Source: Raja brachyura (Eukaryota). Taken from it: a stretch of DNA of 64,000 nucleotides. Positions 37,612-49,674 of this stretch are shown piece by piece. The stretch covers positions 28,148,001 to 28,212,000 of the forward strand of contig OY740782.1 of NCBI GenBank assembly GCA_963514005.1, given 5' to 3'. Under the pieces are notes generated by a model. The model was not told the DNA's origin. It did no database searches and worked only from the letters and a program-made list of their open reading frames with translations. The translations under genes and the position numbers were made by a program. Every line of letters begins with the position of its first letter. The stretch's first letter is position 1.

Positions 37612-38278
37612 ATAATCATAGAATCACACAGCACAGAAACAGTCCGTTTCTGCCCACCACATCCTTGCTGACCACTAATCCCATTTCCCACTTTAGGCCT
37701 GTATCGCTCTACTTACTTGCCATCTAAGTAAATGTATAAATGCCTTTCAAGGTTGTAACTGCCTCCACCACCTCCTCTGGCAGCTCATTCCAAATATTCA
37801 CTACCTTGTGTGTGGAAACTCTTAGCTTTCAGATCTCCTTTATTTTGCTTCCATTACATTAATGTGTTCCAGTGATCTGTTGTAAATTAAGATAACAATG
37901 CAAACAAGTGAAAAATACTTTTTATCCTATCTCTGCCCTTCCTAATTTTACAAACCTCTCTCAGATCAGCACTCAGCTTCTTATGTCCACGCAAAAAACC
38001 ATATATAATCTATTTTTATAACTATAGCTCTCCGCTGATAAATCACCTCAAAGTATATTCATTTTGAAGAATTTCTACTCCAAGATCCCATCATGTGCAG
38101 TCTGCAGAACTACAGACAATACTCCAAATGTGGTCTAACAAAATGTTTCTTACAGCTGCAATATGATATCCCAATTCTTATACCCAGTGCCTCCGTTTTT
38201 TGAAGGCATGCATACCAAATACCTTGTTCACTACCTGATCTACCTGCATCGTCACTTTCAGGGAACTATGGACTTTTA
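37612..38278 (-). mobile_element. Old CR1 LINE fragment
   Basis: ATCATAGAATC tail, CCACCACCTCCTCTGGCAGCTCATTCCA, CAATACTCCAAATGTGGTCTAAC (reverse of RPHLEYC). Confidence 0.7.
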
Positions 38279-39171
38279 GTGGGCGGGCGCGACTCACGTT
38301 GCAGCGGCCCCTAAAGCCTGTCTGTCTTTTCTTTTCTTTTTTGTCTAGTTAAATGTAGTTGTTCGTGTTTTTTTTGTATTGTGTACATGTGGTGGGTGGG
38401 GGGGGGGGGGGGGGGGGGAAGGGGGAAACATTTAAATCTCTTCCCTGCACATGTGACCCGACCTTTTCCCCGTCGGGTCTCCGTTGTCGTTGGGGCCTAG
38501 CACCGTGGAGCGGCCTCCGACCGGGACGACCTGGGGGCTCCAGTCACTGAGCCTGTGGAGCTGTGGACTACTCACCATCGTGGGGCTGGCCGGCCTCGGA
38601 GCGTGGGGAGCGGTGGCGGCTCGCTGCTGCGGCCCGACTCCGGAGCTCCAGCTCCAGCTCCAGCTCCAGCTCCAGCTGCGGACCGGTGGACTGTCGGGAT
38701 ATCGGGAGCTCGTGGGTCCGGGTGGGAGACCGCTCTCCGGAGCTCCCGCAACACAGCTTCTCCAGCCCGTGTCGCGGGGTTGGAGTGACCCGGAGCGGGG
38801 CCATACATCGCCCGGCGTGGCTCTAATGGCCGCGGGACATTCCAGCGGGACATTCCAGCGCCCGCCGGGGGCTCCAACGTTGTGATTTTTGGGCCTAGAG
38901 CGGGTCCGTACATCGCCCGGTGCGGCCTCAATTGCCATGGGACTTAACACCGCCCGCCTAGGGCTTCGACCTCGGGAGAGAATTGGTGCGGGGGAGAGAG
39001 AAGACTTTGCCTTCCATCACAGTGAGGAGGAGATTCACTGTGATGGATGTTTGTGTGAATTGAATTGTTGTGTGTTTTTTATGAATTGTTCTGTTTGTAT
39101 GGCTTGTAGAAACGGAGTTTCGTTCGAGCCTCTCTGATTTTCGAATGACAAGTAATAAAATCTAATCTAAT
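38279..39171 (+). mobile_element. GC-rich non-autonomous retroposon (family copy 3, full-length)
   Basis: 13-bp TSD CTATGGACTTTTA (38266-38278, 39172-39184); AATAAA plus (TCTAA)n tail; internal (GCTCCA)n. Confidence 0.85.
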
Positions 39172-39404
39172 CTATGGACTTTTACCCAAAGGTTCCTCTA
39201 TACATCACCATCCAACTGTAATACCACAAAATGCACCACAACTTGCAGCTATCACAATGCTGCTCCTCTTTAGGATATACAGGTGTTTAAGTGGTGTTAA
39301 AACTATTAGCTTGCTGCTGGAATGCAACTTACACTTGCTCTTTGTGTCAATTAGCAGGAGCATGAAGCTGGGATGTTGACTGCAAGAGTGCAAATGGGTG
39401 CAAT

Positions 39405-39500
39405 TAGTCTGAAGAAGGGTCCCAGCACAAAATGTCACCTATCCATGTTCTCCAGGGATGCTGCTGAACTCAATGAGTTATTCCAGCACTTTGTGTCTTT
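39405..39500 (+). mobile_element. Penelope-pLTR-derived repeat with degenerate hammerhead-like core
   Basis: GTCTGAAGAAGGGTCCCAGCACAAAATGTCACC..GATGCTGC..GAGTTATTCCAGCAC. Confidence 0.65.
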
Positions 39501-39929
39501 CCTTGGAAAACCAGAAGAGAAGGCGGCCATCCGTGATGGCCAGAGGAATCAACAGCGTCTCCCCGAGGGAGTAATGGCCGCCGCTATGTTCGAGAGATTC
39601 AAGGAGCCCAGCGGAGCGCGCAGCACAACCCGAGCAATAGTTTAAAGACACCAAGGGACAAATGTAGAGAGGTAACAGTTAAGAAGCCAAGAAGTACAGA
39701 TAATTTGACAAAAATTCAAATGCAAAGAAGTAAAAGTTAAGAAGTGAAGAAGTAAAAGTTAAGAAGCAGAGCGTTATTATGCAAGAAATTGAAAGAACGA
39801 AAATAGTTTGTATTGACTGTTTAGTATTGACTGCCTACGTTTTTTTTGTTTGAAGGGGGAGTCCGCCTCCTAGATGGAGCAAGCTAACAAGACCAGGCAG
39901 AGAGTAAGTTCAGGATAGAGATGTCTAGT

Positions 39930-40320
39930 CCAGGATAGAGCCCAGTAGCCCACGATAGAGACCTGTAGCCCAGGATAGAGCCCTATAGCCATGAATATAC
40001 CCTGCGTAGCCGTGGATAGACCCCTGTGTAGCCATGGATGGACCCCTACATAGCCGGGTACAGACCCCTGTGTAGCCGTGGATAGACCCCTGTGTAGCCG
40101 GGGATAGACCCTTGCAAAGCCAGGGATAGACCCCTGTGTAGCCAGGGATAGACCCCTGTGTAGCCGGGGATAGACCCCTGTGTAGCCGGGGATAGACCCC
40201 TGTGTAGCCGGGGATAGACCCCTGTGTAGCCGGGGATAGACCCCTGTGTAGCCGGGGATAGACCCCTGTGTAGCCGGGGATAGACCCCTGTGTAGCCGGG
40301 GATAGGCCACCTGTAGCCAG
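39930..40320. repeat. 22-bp minisatellite (roughly 15-17 copies)
   Basis: Unit GATAGACCCCTGTGTAGCCGGG; explains the 208-aa and 212-aa repetitive ORFs. Confidence 0.92.
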
Positions 40321-40721
40321 TCTCCCATATGTGAGAAACCTAGACAGAGGAGCCAGTCTCCCAGAGGTGAAAAACCTGGACAGAGGAGCCAGTCTCCTAG
40401 AAGCCAGAAATAGTCTCCCAGAAGGGGCAAGTCCCCAGAAGACACAACGCGCCAAGAGGTAGCGAGAGGCAGGAGCCAGTCTCCCAGTCGCAGCAAAAGG
40501 CAAGGAGACAGGCCCTTTGGTAGAATTTCTAGAGTTTGAGGTTAAAGTGAAAAACAGCAGCACTCTTAATTGAGTAGTGTAAATCCTTATGTGGATATTT
40601 GGGGGAGATGTGGTGTAATTAAAGTGAAAGGGGAGATGTGATGTAATTAAGTGAAGGGGGAGATGTGAAGTAATTAAAGTGAAGGGGGAGATGTGATGTA
40701 ATTAAAGTGAAGGGGAAGGGG

Positions 40722-41170
40722 AAGATTGGATAGACTCGGCTTGTACTCGCTGGAATTTAGAAGATTGAGGGGGGATCTTATAGAAACTTACAAAATTCTT
40801 AAGGGGTTGGACAAGCTAGATGCTGGAAGATTGTTCCCGATATTGGGGGAGTCCAGAACAAGGGGTCACCGTCTAAGGATAAGGGGGAATTCCTTTAGGA
40901 CCGAGATGAGGAAAACATTCTTTACACAGAGAGTGGTGAGTCTCTGGAATTCTCTGCCACAGAAGGTAGTTGAGGCCAGTTCATTGGCTATATTTAAGAG
41001 GGCGTTAGATGTGGCACTTGTGGCTAAAGGGATCAGGGGGTATGGAGAGAAGGCAGGTACGGGATACTGAGTTGGATGATCAGCCATGATCACATTGAAT
41101 GGCGGTGCAGGCTCGAAGGGCCGAATGGCCTACTCCTGCACCTATTTTTCTATGTTTCTATGTTTCTATG
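40722..41170 (+). mobile_element. HER1 LINE 3' fragment (young)
   Basis: LDRLGLYSLEFRRLRGDLIETYKILKG..FTQRVVSLWNSLPQKVVEA; (TTTCTATG)n tail. Confidence 0.93.
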
Positions 41171-41825
41171 TGATGTAATTAAAGTGAAGGGGGAGATGTG
41201 ATGTATTTGTAATGTACTATCATTGAATGTATCAAAGTGGAATTTGTGATGTATATGTAATGTAATATGTAATGTAAATGCCAGTACCCTTGAGGCCAAA
41301 AGCAGAAGCTGGCAAATGTACCTGTGCCTCATGACTGAGGTCAAGTAACTTTCTGGAAGTTTCAGTCATTGCAGATTAAACTTGTCCTACAAGATATTGG
41401 ACGTGTATTCATTGTGCTAGTCACAACAAGGTCTTAAGGAAGACATTACACAGTATCTGCAGTGCCTTGTTTCTGCAATTGGATTGTGTATACTAATCCC
41501 TATGCCTATTTTCAAACACAATCCTGTTTAGCTGCCTTCAACTATTAGATATGAATTCTCACAACATTAAACCTCCTTAAGCAATGCTTAATATTCTATT
41601 GTGTGCAGCTGCTTGTCTTATTAGCATTGTTATCTTCATTCACAACAGATCACTGGAACACACACTAATGTAATGGGAATGAAAGTCTCCAATGTGGATA
41701 AAAATGACATAAAGACAAGTAAAATACTTTTCAAGATGTCATGGCATTATATAACATGATTTATTAACTTGCTGCCTAAAAGAAAATATCCCACTTTTAT
41801 ATAAACAGAGGCATATTTATCCTTA

Positions 41826-42000
41826 TTTGAAGAAGGATCCTGACCTGAAAAGCCATCTAACCATGTTCTCCTGAGATATTGCCTGACTAGTTGAGTTACT
41901 CCAGCATTATGTGTCTATCTTTGGTATAAACCAGCATCTGCCGTTCCTTTCTGTTACATGCTGCCTGGCCTGCTGAATTACCCCACTACTTTGTGTCTTA
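41826..42000 (+). mobile_element. Penelope-pLTR-derived repeat
   Basis: TTGAAGAAGGATCCTGACCTGAAAA..GAGTTACTCCAGCA..AAACCAGCATCTGC. Confidence 0.65.
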
Positions 42001-42337
42001 TCATCTTTATTTTGTCTGTCCTGAAGCCCTCTCTTATTCATTGGATTTTCCTTCACGTGTTAATTTAATACTCCGCAGAAAATATTTAATGTATTTGGAA
42101 TTCAGGGCCTTCTTAGTAAAAAAATTGATCTACAGGAAAAAGAATGCCCATTAATTTGCATCTACCTAGCAGCTTATTAACAGTCCTATTATTCTGCAAC
42201 CCACTTTCATATCTTTCATATTGGTTACGAATGACTTTTGTTTCCCTGTCATCCCATTCTTCCCACTCCCCTCCTCCCCCATTCCCCAACTCCATTCTCC
42301 CTCCTATTCCAAAGAATGTTTGGAATAAGGGAGCATT

Positions 42338-42645
42338 TTGGCACATTTGGTAGAACTGTTGCCTCATAGCACCAGATATCCATGATCGATCCTGATCCTG
42401 GGTGCTGTCTGTGTGGAATTTGTACGTTATCCCTGCGACCGCATGGGTTTCCTCAGTGTGCTCCGATTTCCTCCCACATCTCAAAGGCATGTGTTTGTAG
42501 GCTAATTGGCCTCTGTGAATTGCACCAAGTGTGCAATAGTGCATGCAAAAATGGGATAACATGGAACTAGTGTGAATGGGAGGTCGATGATGGCCTTGTG
42601 GGTCGAAGGGTCTGTTTCCTTGCTGTATTTCTAAACTAAAACCTA
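42338..42645 (+). mobile_element. HE1-like SINE (old)
   Basis: GGTAGAACTGTTGCCTCA, TCGATCCTGA, TTTCCTCCCACATC, GAAGGGTCTGTTTC..CTAAACTAAAAC. Confidence 0.72.
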
Positions 42646-43297
42646 AATTTGAGCCCCAAATTTGATGTGTACAGGCTTATTCTAAATTTATACTCATGAC
42701 CTGTTAAAGCAATCACGATCTTGGAATTTACTTTCATCTAATACTGATACTGGAGTTACACTTTTAATAAAAGATATATTTAAACAAGTCAAAATATATT
42801 AAATGTCAAACAAGGGTAAGCCTGCAAGGAGTTACTTGAGGTATTCTTGCAAATATATTACCACATGACTGAAAGTGACAGCATTAAACTTTCTCTGATC
42901 AAAGTAAATGTGTTTGGGAAAACAATTTTTCACTGAATTCTTTATTAATGTATCAGCCTGTAGTCACTAATGGTGTAGATTAATAAACTAACAAATATTA
43001 GCCAAAAAACAGACAGGGATTCCTTTAATGAGTGCAGAGATGATTTACGAAGATGTTGCCAGAATTTGAGGGCCTGAGCTATTGGGAAAGGTTGAGCAGA
43101 CTAGTACTTTAGCCAGGAGATTCCTAATTATCACACTATTTAAAGATGCCATTCCCATTGCAAAATGGTACTGGAGCATGGTAACTCTTCGTGTTTCAGA
43201 AGCAAATCTCTTATTATCCAACTACAATTGTTCCGCCTTTTTTAATTTCTATTCCAATTGTATATGATGGATTATACAATTGTATATGATGGAATAA

Positions 43298-43700
43298 CGG
43301 GGCACTACAACGGGTGGTGAAAATCGCCCAGTACATCATCGGTGCCCCACTCCCTGCCATGGATGCCCTCCACTGAAAACGGTGTCTGAAACGGGCCGGG
43401 AAGATCATCAAAGATCCCTCCCACCCTAACCATGGACTGTTTGCCCTCCTACCATCAGGGAGGCGGTACAGGAGCCTCAGGTCCCGCACTAGTAGGATGA
43501 AGAACAGCTTCTACAACAACACCATCACACTGCTGAACTCGGAGTCCCGCCGATAGATTTCTCCAGTCTCTCCGTCCACATTGTCTGCATTCTGTATTTA
43601 TTTCTATATTGCTATCACTACGAACTGACGCTAAACTGCATTTTGTTGTACCCATACTTGTATCTGTGCAATGACATTAAAGTTGAATTGAATTGAATTG
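43298..43700 (+). mobile_element. Rex/Babar-like LINE 3' fragment
   Basis: Near-identical to the reverse complement of 4755-5190; (GAATT)n tail. Confidence 0.88.
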
Positions 43701-43945
43701 TATATCTCTCTGGTATTTTTATCTTTACATTATCTGTTGTACATGTTTTTGACTTCATTGCACTTATGTATAGTATGATTTGACAGGATAGCAAGAGAGC
43801 CAAGAGTCAAGGGTGTTTTGTCATCCAGTATGTCCCAGATAGAACAATGAGATTGTTTCTTGCAGCAGTACAACAGAATATGTAAACATAGTACACTGTA
43901 AACAATATAATAAACGAGAGATAAAAATTCAGTGTGTGTATACAC

Positions 43946-44256
43946 NNNNNNNNNNNNNNNNNNNNNNNNNNNNNNNNNNNNNNNNNNNNNNNNNNNNNNN
44001 NNNNNNNNNNNNNNNNNNNNNNNNNNNNNNNNNNNNNNNNNNNNNNNNNNNNNNNNNNNNNNNNNNNNNNNNNNNNNNNNNNNNNNNNNNNNNNNNNNNN
44101 NNNNNNNNNNNNNNNNNNNNNNNNNNNNNNNNNNNNNNNNNNNNNNNNNNNNNNNNNNNNNNNNNNNNNNNNNNNNNNNNNNNNNNNNNNNNNNNNNNNN
44201 NNNNNNNNNNNNNNNNNNNNNNNNNNNNNNNNNNNNNNNNNNNNNNNNNNNNNNNN
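43946..44256. other. Assembly gap (311 N)
   Basis: Run of N. Confidence 1.
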
Positions 44257-45889
44257 TGCAATAATACCAATAGGTTCACTGTATCTCAGAGCAAGTGACA
44301 ATAATAAACCAATAGAGCTAAATATCCTGTTATTGGAAACATCTTTTTAACCAACCTTTTTAAACTAAAGTTTGCATTCCCAGAGCTGATGATTCCACAT
44401 TATTCGTTATTGGAAAATTCTCCATTATGCCACCACTACTAGTGTTAAAGAGGTTATTATTTCCCCAACTTACATCAGAAGCTTACTTATATTAATTCTC
44501 TTCAGTTGCTTCAGTGTGAATGACAGTTTGGCCAGATTCAAATATAAGAGAAACAAAGGTTTCACTATAAAGCAAGCATTAGACCCACTGCTGAGATTAT
44601 AGATATAATTAACCTTTTTTGAGAGTCTTAAAATAATATTTGTCAATGTTAATAAACATTCATTTGAAGCAAACTAAGATTCAGCAGTAAATAAAGAGTA
44701 TGCTCTGGTATATACTCAATCCAGATATCTTTGAAATAAATAAAATAAAAATTGATAAATTATGGCATGTGGAGATAGTCTCTTTAAAAGGATGAAGTAG
44801 TGAGATGTCACATTGACTGTTAATTCTGTGACAGGAATTTATCATATTGTCATTTTAAGACATGATTGAGAATGCAGTCACATATTTTGAGTAAATGAGG
44901 ATGAAGAGAATACATTGAAAGAATTGGAAATATCAGAAAAGGAAAGAGACTACTTTGCTTGTTTTTGCCCTTACAGTCAAAGGAGAATTTAAGCAAGTGG
45001 GTTTCTGGTTTGCCCAACACCAATAGTCAGATGCTTTACTTTTCCCGTCACTAGCCAACAAATTTCTCTGCTTTGTCACAATACAAAAGTAGAACTAACA
45101 CAAAATAAAATTGACGTCTTGATGCATACAAAAATCAACGTAGATGCCCATAGGTTATCCGTTCGTACTAGTGTTCCATGTATCTTTGCTTGGCCTGCTG
45201 CTCCTGTCAACTTCAAGCCCAGCAGTCGCAGTATGGCTAGATGAAAATTGTTGACTTTCGATCAGATCAACTATAGACCACTGATACTATTGGAGAGCAA
45301 CTTCAGACTCCATCACAGCATGGATGCTAACTACCTGGGTTGTTTGGATTTAATGACTTGCTGCACATATTTTTTGTTTCATGTACAGGAATACCTAAGT
45401 TTCACTGTGCTCTAGTCATTTGCAGTCTCTTTCTTCTTAAATAATAGTTTGCCTTTGAACACACCTACCAAAGTTCACGAACTTAACACTTTTCTACATT
45501 AACTGCCATTTTCTATTTTTTTGGATATCTCACTCAACTTATCCATTAATATTGATACCAAATTATTAAGGACCAAGGATAGATCCCATGCACACTCCAC
45601 TAATATGTTTCCAGCCTGAGAAGGACTCATTTATTCTGGCCCTTTTGGTCTTTTATGTGGAAACCTGACTTCAATCCATGTTAACGCATTGCCTCCAATA
45701 CCATTCATTCTTCTTAAGCAATAGACTTCTACGTGGCATTTTTTGAATGCCTTCTGGAAATCAAAATAGATTATATCTGATGGTTTGTCTCAAATGCTTG
45801 CTACTTCATCAAAGCATTGTGGCAAAAGTTTCAAACTTGCTATCCCTTTCATTAAACCATGTTGACAGTTTGACTTAAGTATTAAGCAG

Positions 45890-46895
45890 GAGCGCACAGT
45901 GGCGCAGTGGTAGAGTTGTTGCCTTACATCACCAGAGACCCGGGTATGATACTGACCATGGGTGGTGTCTGTACGGAGTTTGTACGTTCTCCCCATGATC
46001 TGCATGGATTTTCTCCGGGAGCTTCAGTTTCCTCCCACTATGAGTTCCAGAGACCCACCACTCTCTGTGTGAAAAAAGTCCTTCTCATCTCGGTCCTAAA
46101 GGATTTCCCCCTTATCCTAAAGCTGTGACCCCTTGTCCTGGACCTCACCAACATCGGGAACAATCTTCCTGCATCTAGCCTGTCCAACCCCTGAAGAATT
46201 TTTTAAGTTTCTATAAGATCCCCTCTCAATCTCCTAAATTCTAGAGAGTATAAACCGAGTCTATCCAGTCTTTCTTCATAAGACAGTCCTGACATCCCAG
46301 GAATCAGTCTGGTGAACCTTCTCTGCGCTCCCTCTATGGCAATAATGTCCTTCCTCAGATTTGGAGACCAGAACTGTACGCAATACTCCAGGTGTGGTCT
46401 CACCAAGACCCTATACAACTGAAGTAGAACCTCCCTGCTCCTATACTCAAATCCTTTTGCCATGAAAGCTAACATACCATTCGCTTTCTTCACAGCCTGC
46501 TGCACCTGCATGCCTACTTTCAATGACTGGTGTACCATGACACCCAGGTCACGTTGCATCTCCCCTTTTCCTATTCGGCCGCCATTTAGATAATAGTCTG
46601 CTTTCCTATTTTTGCCACCAAAGTGGATAACCTCACATTTATCCACATTATACTGCATCTGCCAAACATTTGCCCACTCACCCAGCCTATCCAAGTCAAC
46701 TTGCAGTCTCCTAGCATCCTTCTCACAGCTAACACTGCCCCCCAGCTTAGTGTCATCTGCAAACTTGGAGACAAAGCCTAATTGGCTGGGTAAAATTGTC
46801 CCTAATGTGCATAGGTTAGTGTGCAGGAATTGCTGATCGGCATGGACTCATTTGTCCAAAGGACCTGTTTTGGCACTGTATCTCTAAAACTAAAA
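45890..46895 (+). mobile_element. HE1-like SINE split by an antisense HER1 fragment
   Basis: SINE head 45890-46040 (GCACAGTGGCGCAGTGGTAGAG..TTTCCTCCCAC) and tail 46772-46895 (TAATTGGCTGGGTAAAATTGTCCCT..CTGTATCTCTAAAACTAAAAC). Confidence 0.78.
46041..46771 (-). mobile_element. HER1/CR1 ORF2 fragment
   Basis: [48 protein letters not shown]. Confidence 0.92.
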
Positions 46896-47289
46896 CCAAA
46901 AAATGATTTAGTTTTTCTAAATTACTTCTTTGATTGTAGACTCCACCATCTTCACAATAAGATAGGAGTGGCACAGTGGCGTAACGGTAAAGTGAAATAA
47001 CATTAAATTAATGTATGGGTGATGGATCGTCAGCGTATATTCAGTGTGCCGATAACTCTGTTTCCATGCTGTATCTCTGAACAGAAATAAACAAATCTTA
47101 AACTAACTGCCCTATAATTTTCCTCTTTTTATTTCCCTCCCTTCTTTAACAAGGGCATCACATTGACAATATTCCAATTTACTAGTACTCGTCCAGGACT
47201 CAGTGACTTTTAAAAAACAACCAATGCATCTGCTGTCTCTGCATCCATTTAAATACCTTGGGTGCAAGAGAATATAGTAACATATTTGC

Positions 47290-47830
47290 TTTTAGGCCCA
47301 TTGGTTTTCCAAAGCCTTATCTCTCATGATAGAGCTTCCAAGTTCTTGCCACTTACTGCCCCTGGAAGAAATCCGTATTACACGCCATGAATTTCCTTTC
47401 CACAGTTGATGGGTCCAATCAATACACAGATTACAATCACCTATGATTGTTGCAGTTCCCTGATTACATACCACCAATATTACATGATCCTTGCTTTATC
47501 AATCATGAATAACTTTTGTTTTTACTCCTGCTATTCCTTATTTCCACCCAAAATTATTCCATTACACAATCCACTGCACGTATTCACCACTGCACTGATA
47601 CCCCTCCTGTGATGAGCAACCCTACCCACCTCAGTTTCCTTTTTGTGTATTATTTTGGAATATCAAATGACCCAGAATATTGAGTTCCAAGTCCTGGTCC
47701 CCCTGCAACTCTGTTTCTGCAATAGCTGCAAAATCAAACTCATTTATTTTTATTTGTGCCTTCAACTCATCTATTCTGTTACTAACGCTGTGTGCATTCA
47801 GATAAAGAGCTTTAAGCTTTGCCATTTTAT
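47290..47830 (-). mobile_element. Old CR1 ORF2 endonuclease-region fragment
   Basis: LKALYLNAHSVSNRIDELKAQI..FAAIAETEL resembles the APE-endonuclease N-terminus (YxNARS..IAITETW). Confidence 0.65.
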
Positions 47831-47984
47831 GGTTGTTACTTACTTCAGTCCCAATTTCAACACCACATATTAGCTTATATTTTCTGCCCATTCCTATCAC
47901 ACTTTGACTTTAATTTAACCATTTACTACCCTGTTCCAAAGTTCTCTCATTTATTTTGGATTTATTAAACGTAGTCACTTACAA

Positions 47985-48418
47985 ACATAAAACATAGAAC
48001 AGTATTGCACATGAACAGGCTTTTTGGCCCACAATGTGTGTGCCGAACTGATGTCGACCAACCCTTATCCGTCTGCACATAATCTATATGACCTCTTTCC
48101 CTGCATATCAATGTGCTTATCCAAAATTCATTTAAATGCTACTATTGTATCTGCACCACCCCTGCAGCACGTTCCATGCACTCACCACCCTCTGATCAAA
48201 AAGCTTGTCCCAAACATCTCCTTTAAACATTGCCCCTCTCACCTTAAAGCTATGTACTCTAGTATTTGATATTCCCATCCTGGGATTTACACTATCTATG
48301 CCTCTCATATTTAATATACTTCTATCAGGTCCCCCCACAACCTCCGACACTCTAGAGATGGTCTGTCCAATCACTCCCTGTAGCTAATACCTTCTAATCC
48401 AGACATTATTCTGGTAAT
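47985..48418 (-). mobile_element. CR1 LINE 3' fragment
   Basis: TRVHSFKVRGAMFKGDVWDKLFDQRVVSAWNVL; CATAGAAC tail. Confidence 0.75.
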
Positions 48419-48640
48419 CATGACCCCCTGAACATAAGCTCAACCATCTCTCCAGCTCAAACAGTTTAAAGCCCTAGAAACACTGGTCCCAGTACAGTGT
48501 AAATCAACTCCATCCCACTGGAACAGTCATCTCTTCCCTCAGTACAGGTGCCAATGACTCCTGAAGCCATTTCTCCCTCACGCCTCTTTTAACCACATGT
48601 TTTTTGTAACCCTATGCAATTTATGCTTGGCTCAGGTATA

Positions 48641-49398
48641 TCTATAAATATATATATTACTAAAACTCTCATCTTGTTTGTCCATATATATGCGTATGTG
48701 TGCGTGCGATCTGGAAACTCTGCCAAAACGCTACATGATAGCACTATAACTTTTGACCCACCTTCCACAATTGTCCTTGCTAATGTGCAATACCAAGTTT
48801 TGTTCAGATTTATGCTATATTTTACAAGTTATTGACATTTTAAACTTTGCAAAAAACACTTTACAAACCACTTTTCCACTTGCCCTACCCATCAGCCACG
48901 TTCGTCGTCACAATGACGTCACAATAGGACCCCAGATTTCTTTTTGTTTAATCGGCTTTTTTTTTGCGTGTACTTGCCTGGCCTCACAACGGGGACCCAC
49001 CTTACTCATCATTTTTCTGTGATGTGCTGCAACAAGTTTCGTTTAGATTTATGTTATATTTTACAAGTTATTGACATTTTAAACTTTAAAAAATCACTTT
49101 TCCACCTGCCTTGTCCATCAGCCACGTTCAACGTCAAATCATTCGACGTCACAATGGGTTACCAAATTTTTTCTTTTTTTTTTAATCGCCTTTTTTTTAG
49201 TGTAATTGCCTGGCCTCACAACGGGGACCCAACGGCTTCACAGGTAAATTTTCTTCTACTTTACCAATGCCTTCAGGGATCCTCTAATCACTTAATTTCT
49301 GCTGTCAACGGCACAACTTTGAATGCGGCAGCCGCGCATGCAGTTTGGTGAAATATTGCATTGGGGGAGCAGGCCCAACGGACAGGCACTTGGTCTAG
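48641..49398 (+). mobile_element. Non-autonomous Helitron (complete) with internal duplication of about 240 bp
   Basis: A|TCTATAAATATATATTACTAAAACTCTCATCTTG start; AATATTGCATTGGGGG..GGTCTAG|T end; inserted between A and T with no TSD; 48780-49020 resembles 49020-49250. Confidence 0.82.
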
Positions 49399-49674
49399 TT
49401 TATTATAAATGTTCTCTCTTTAGATTTAAATCTCTTGCCAATCATTATAGACTGGGAAGAAATATCCACCAAATTCTGTATTGTAATATCACACTTTGAC
49501 ACTGACAGCCAGAATCACTTTGTGATCAGGCTGTTGTTTCTCCACTCAATGGGCCTGTGCCCTTCCACTTCCTACAGATTTAACTTTCCACTCCCCATGT
49601 CTGAATCTCTCTGTATACAAATCTCCTTGATAATACTGTTAGCATTTTTACTTAATACATGACATTGCACAGTT

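Larger units (their letters stand above)
39510..41450 (+). mobile_element. 5'-truncated non-autonomous LTR element (LTR 41197-41450) related to the Gypsy at 55078
   Basis: PPT AAAGTGAAGGGGGAGA, then TGTGATG...GACATTACA; shares TTGAGGCCA, CTGTGCCT, ACAAGATAT and ATTGTGCTAGTCACAACA with the 55078 LTR. The 5' boundary is approximate. Confidence 0.72.

Noticed and set aside
39870-40563. 208-aa and 212-aa ORFs with repeated LSPATQGSIPGYTGVYPRLHRG
   Set aside because: They are translations of a 22-bp minisatellite whose unit is not a multiple of 3, so all frames give the same peptide. Not a gene.
43807-44350. ORFs spanning X runs
   Set aside because: Artefacts of the N gap.
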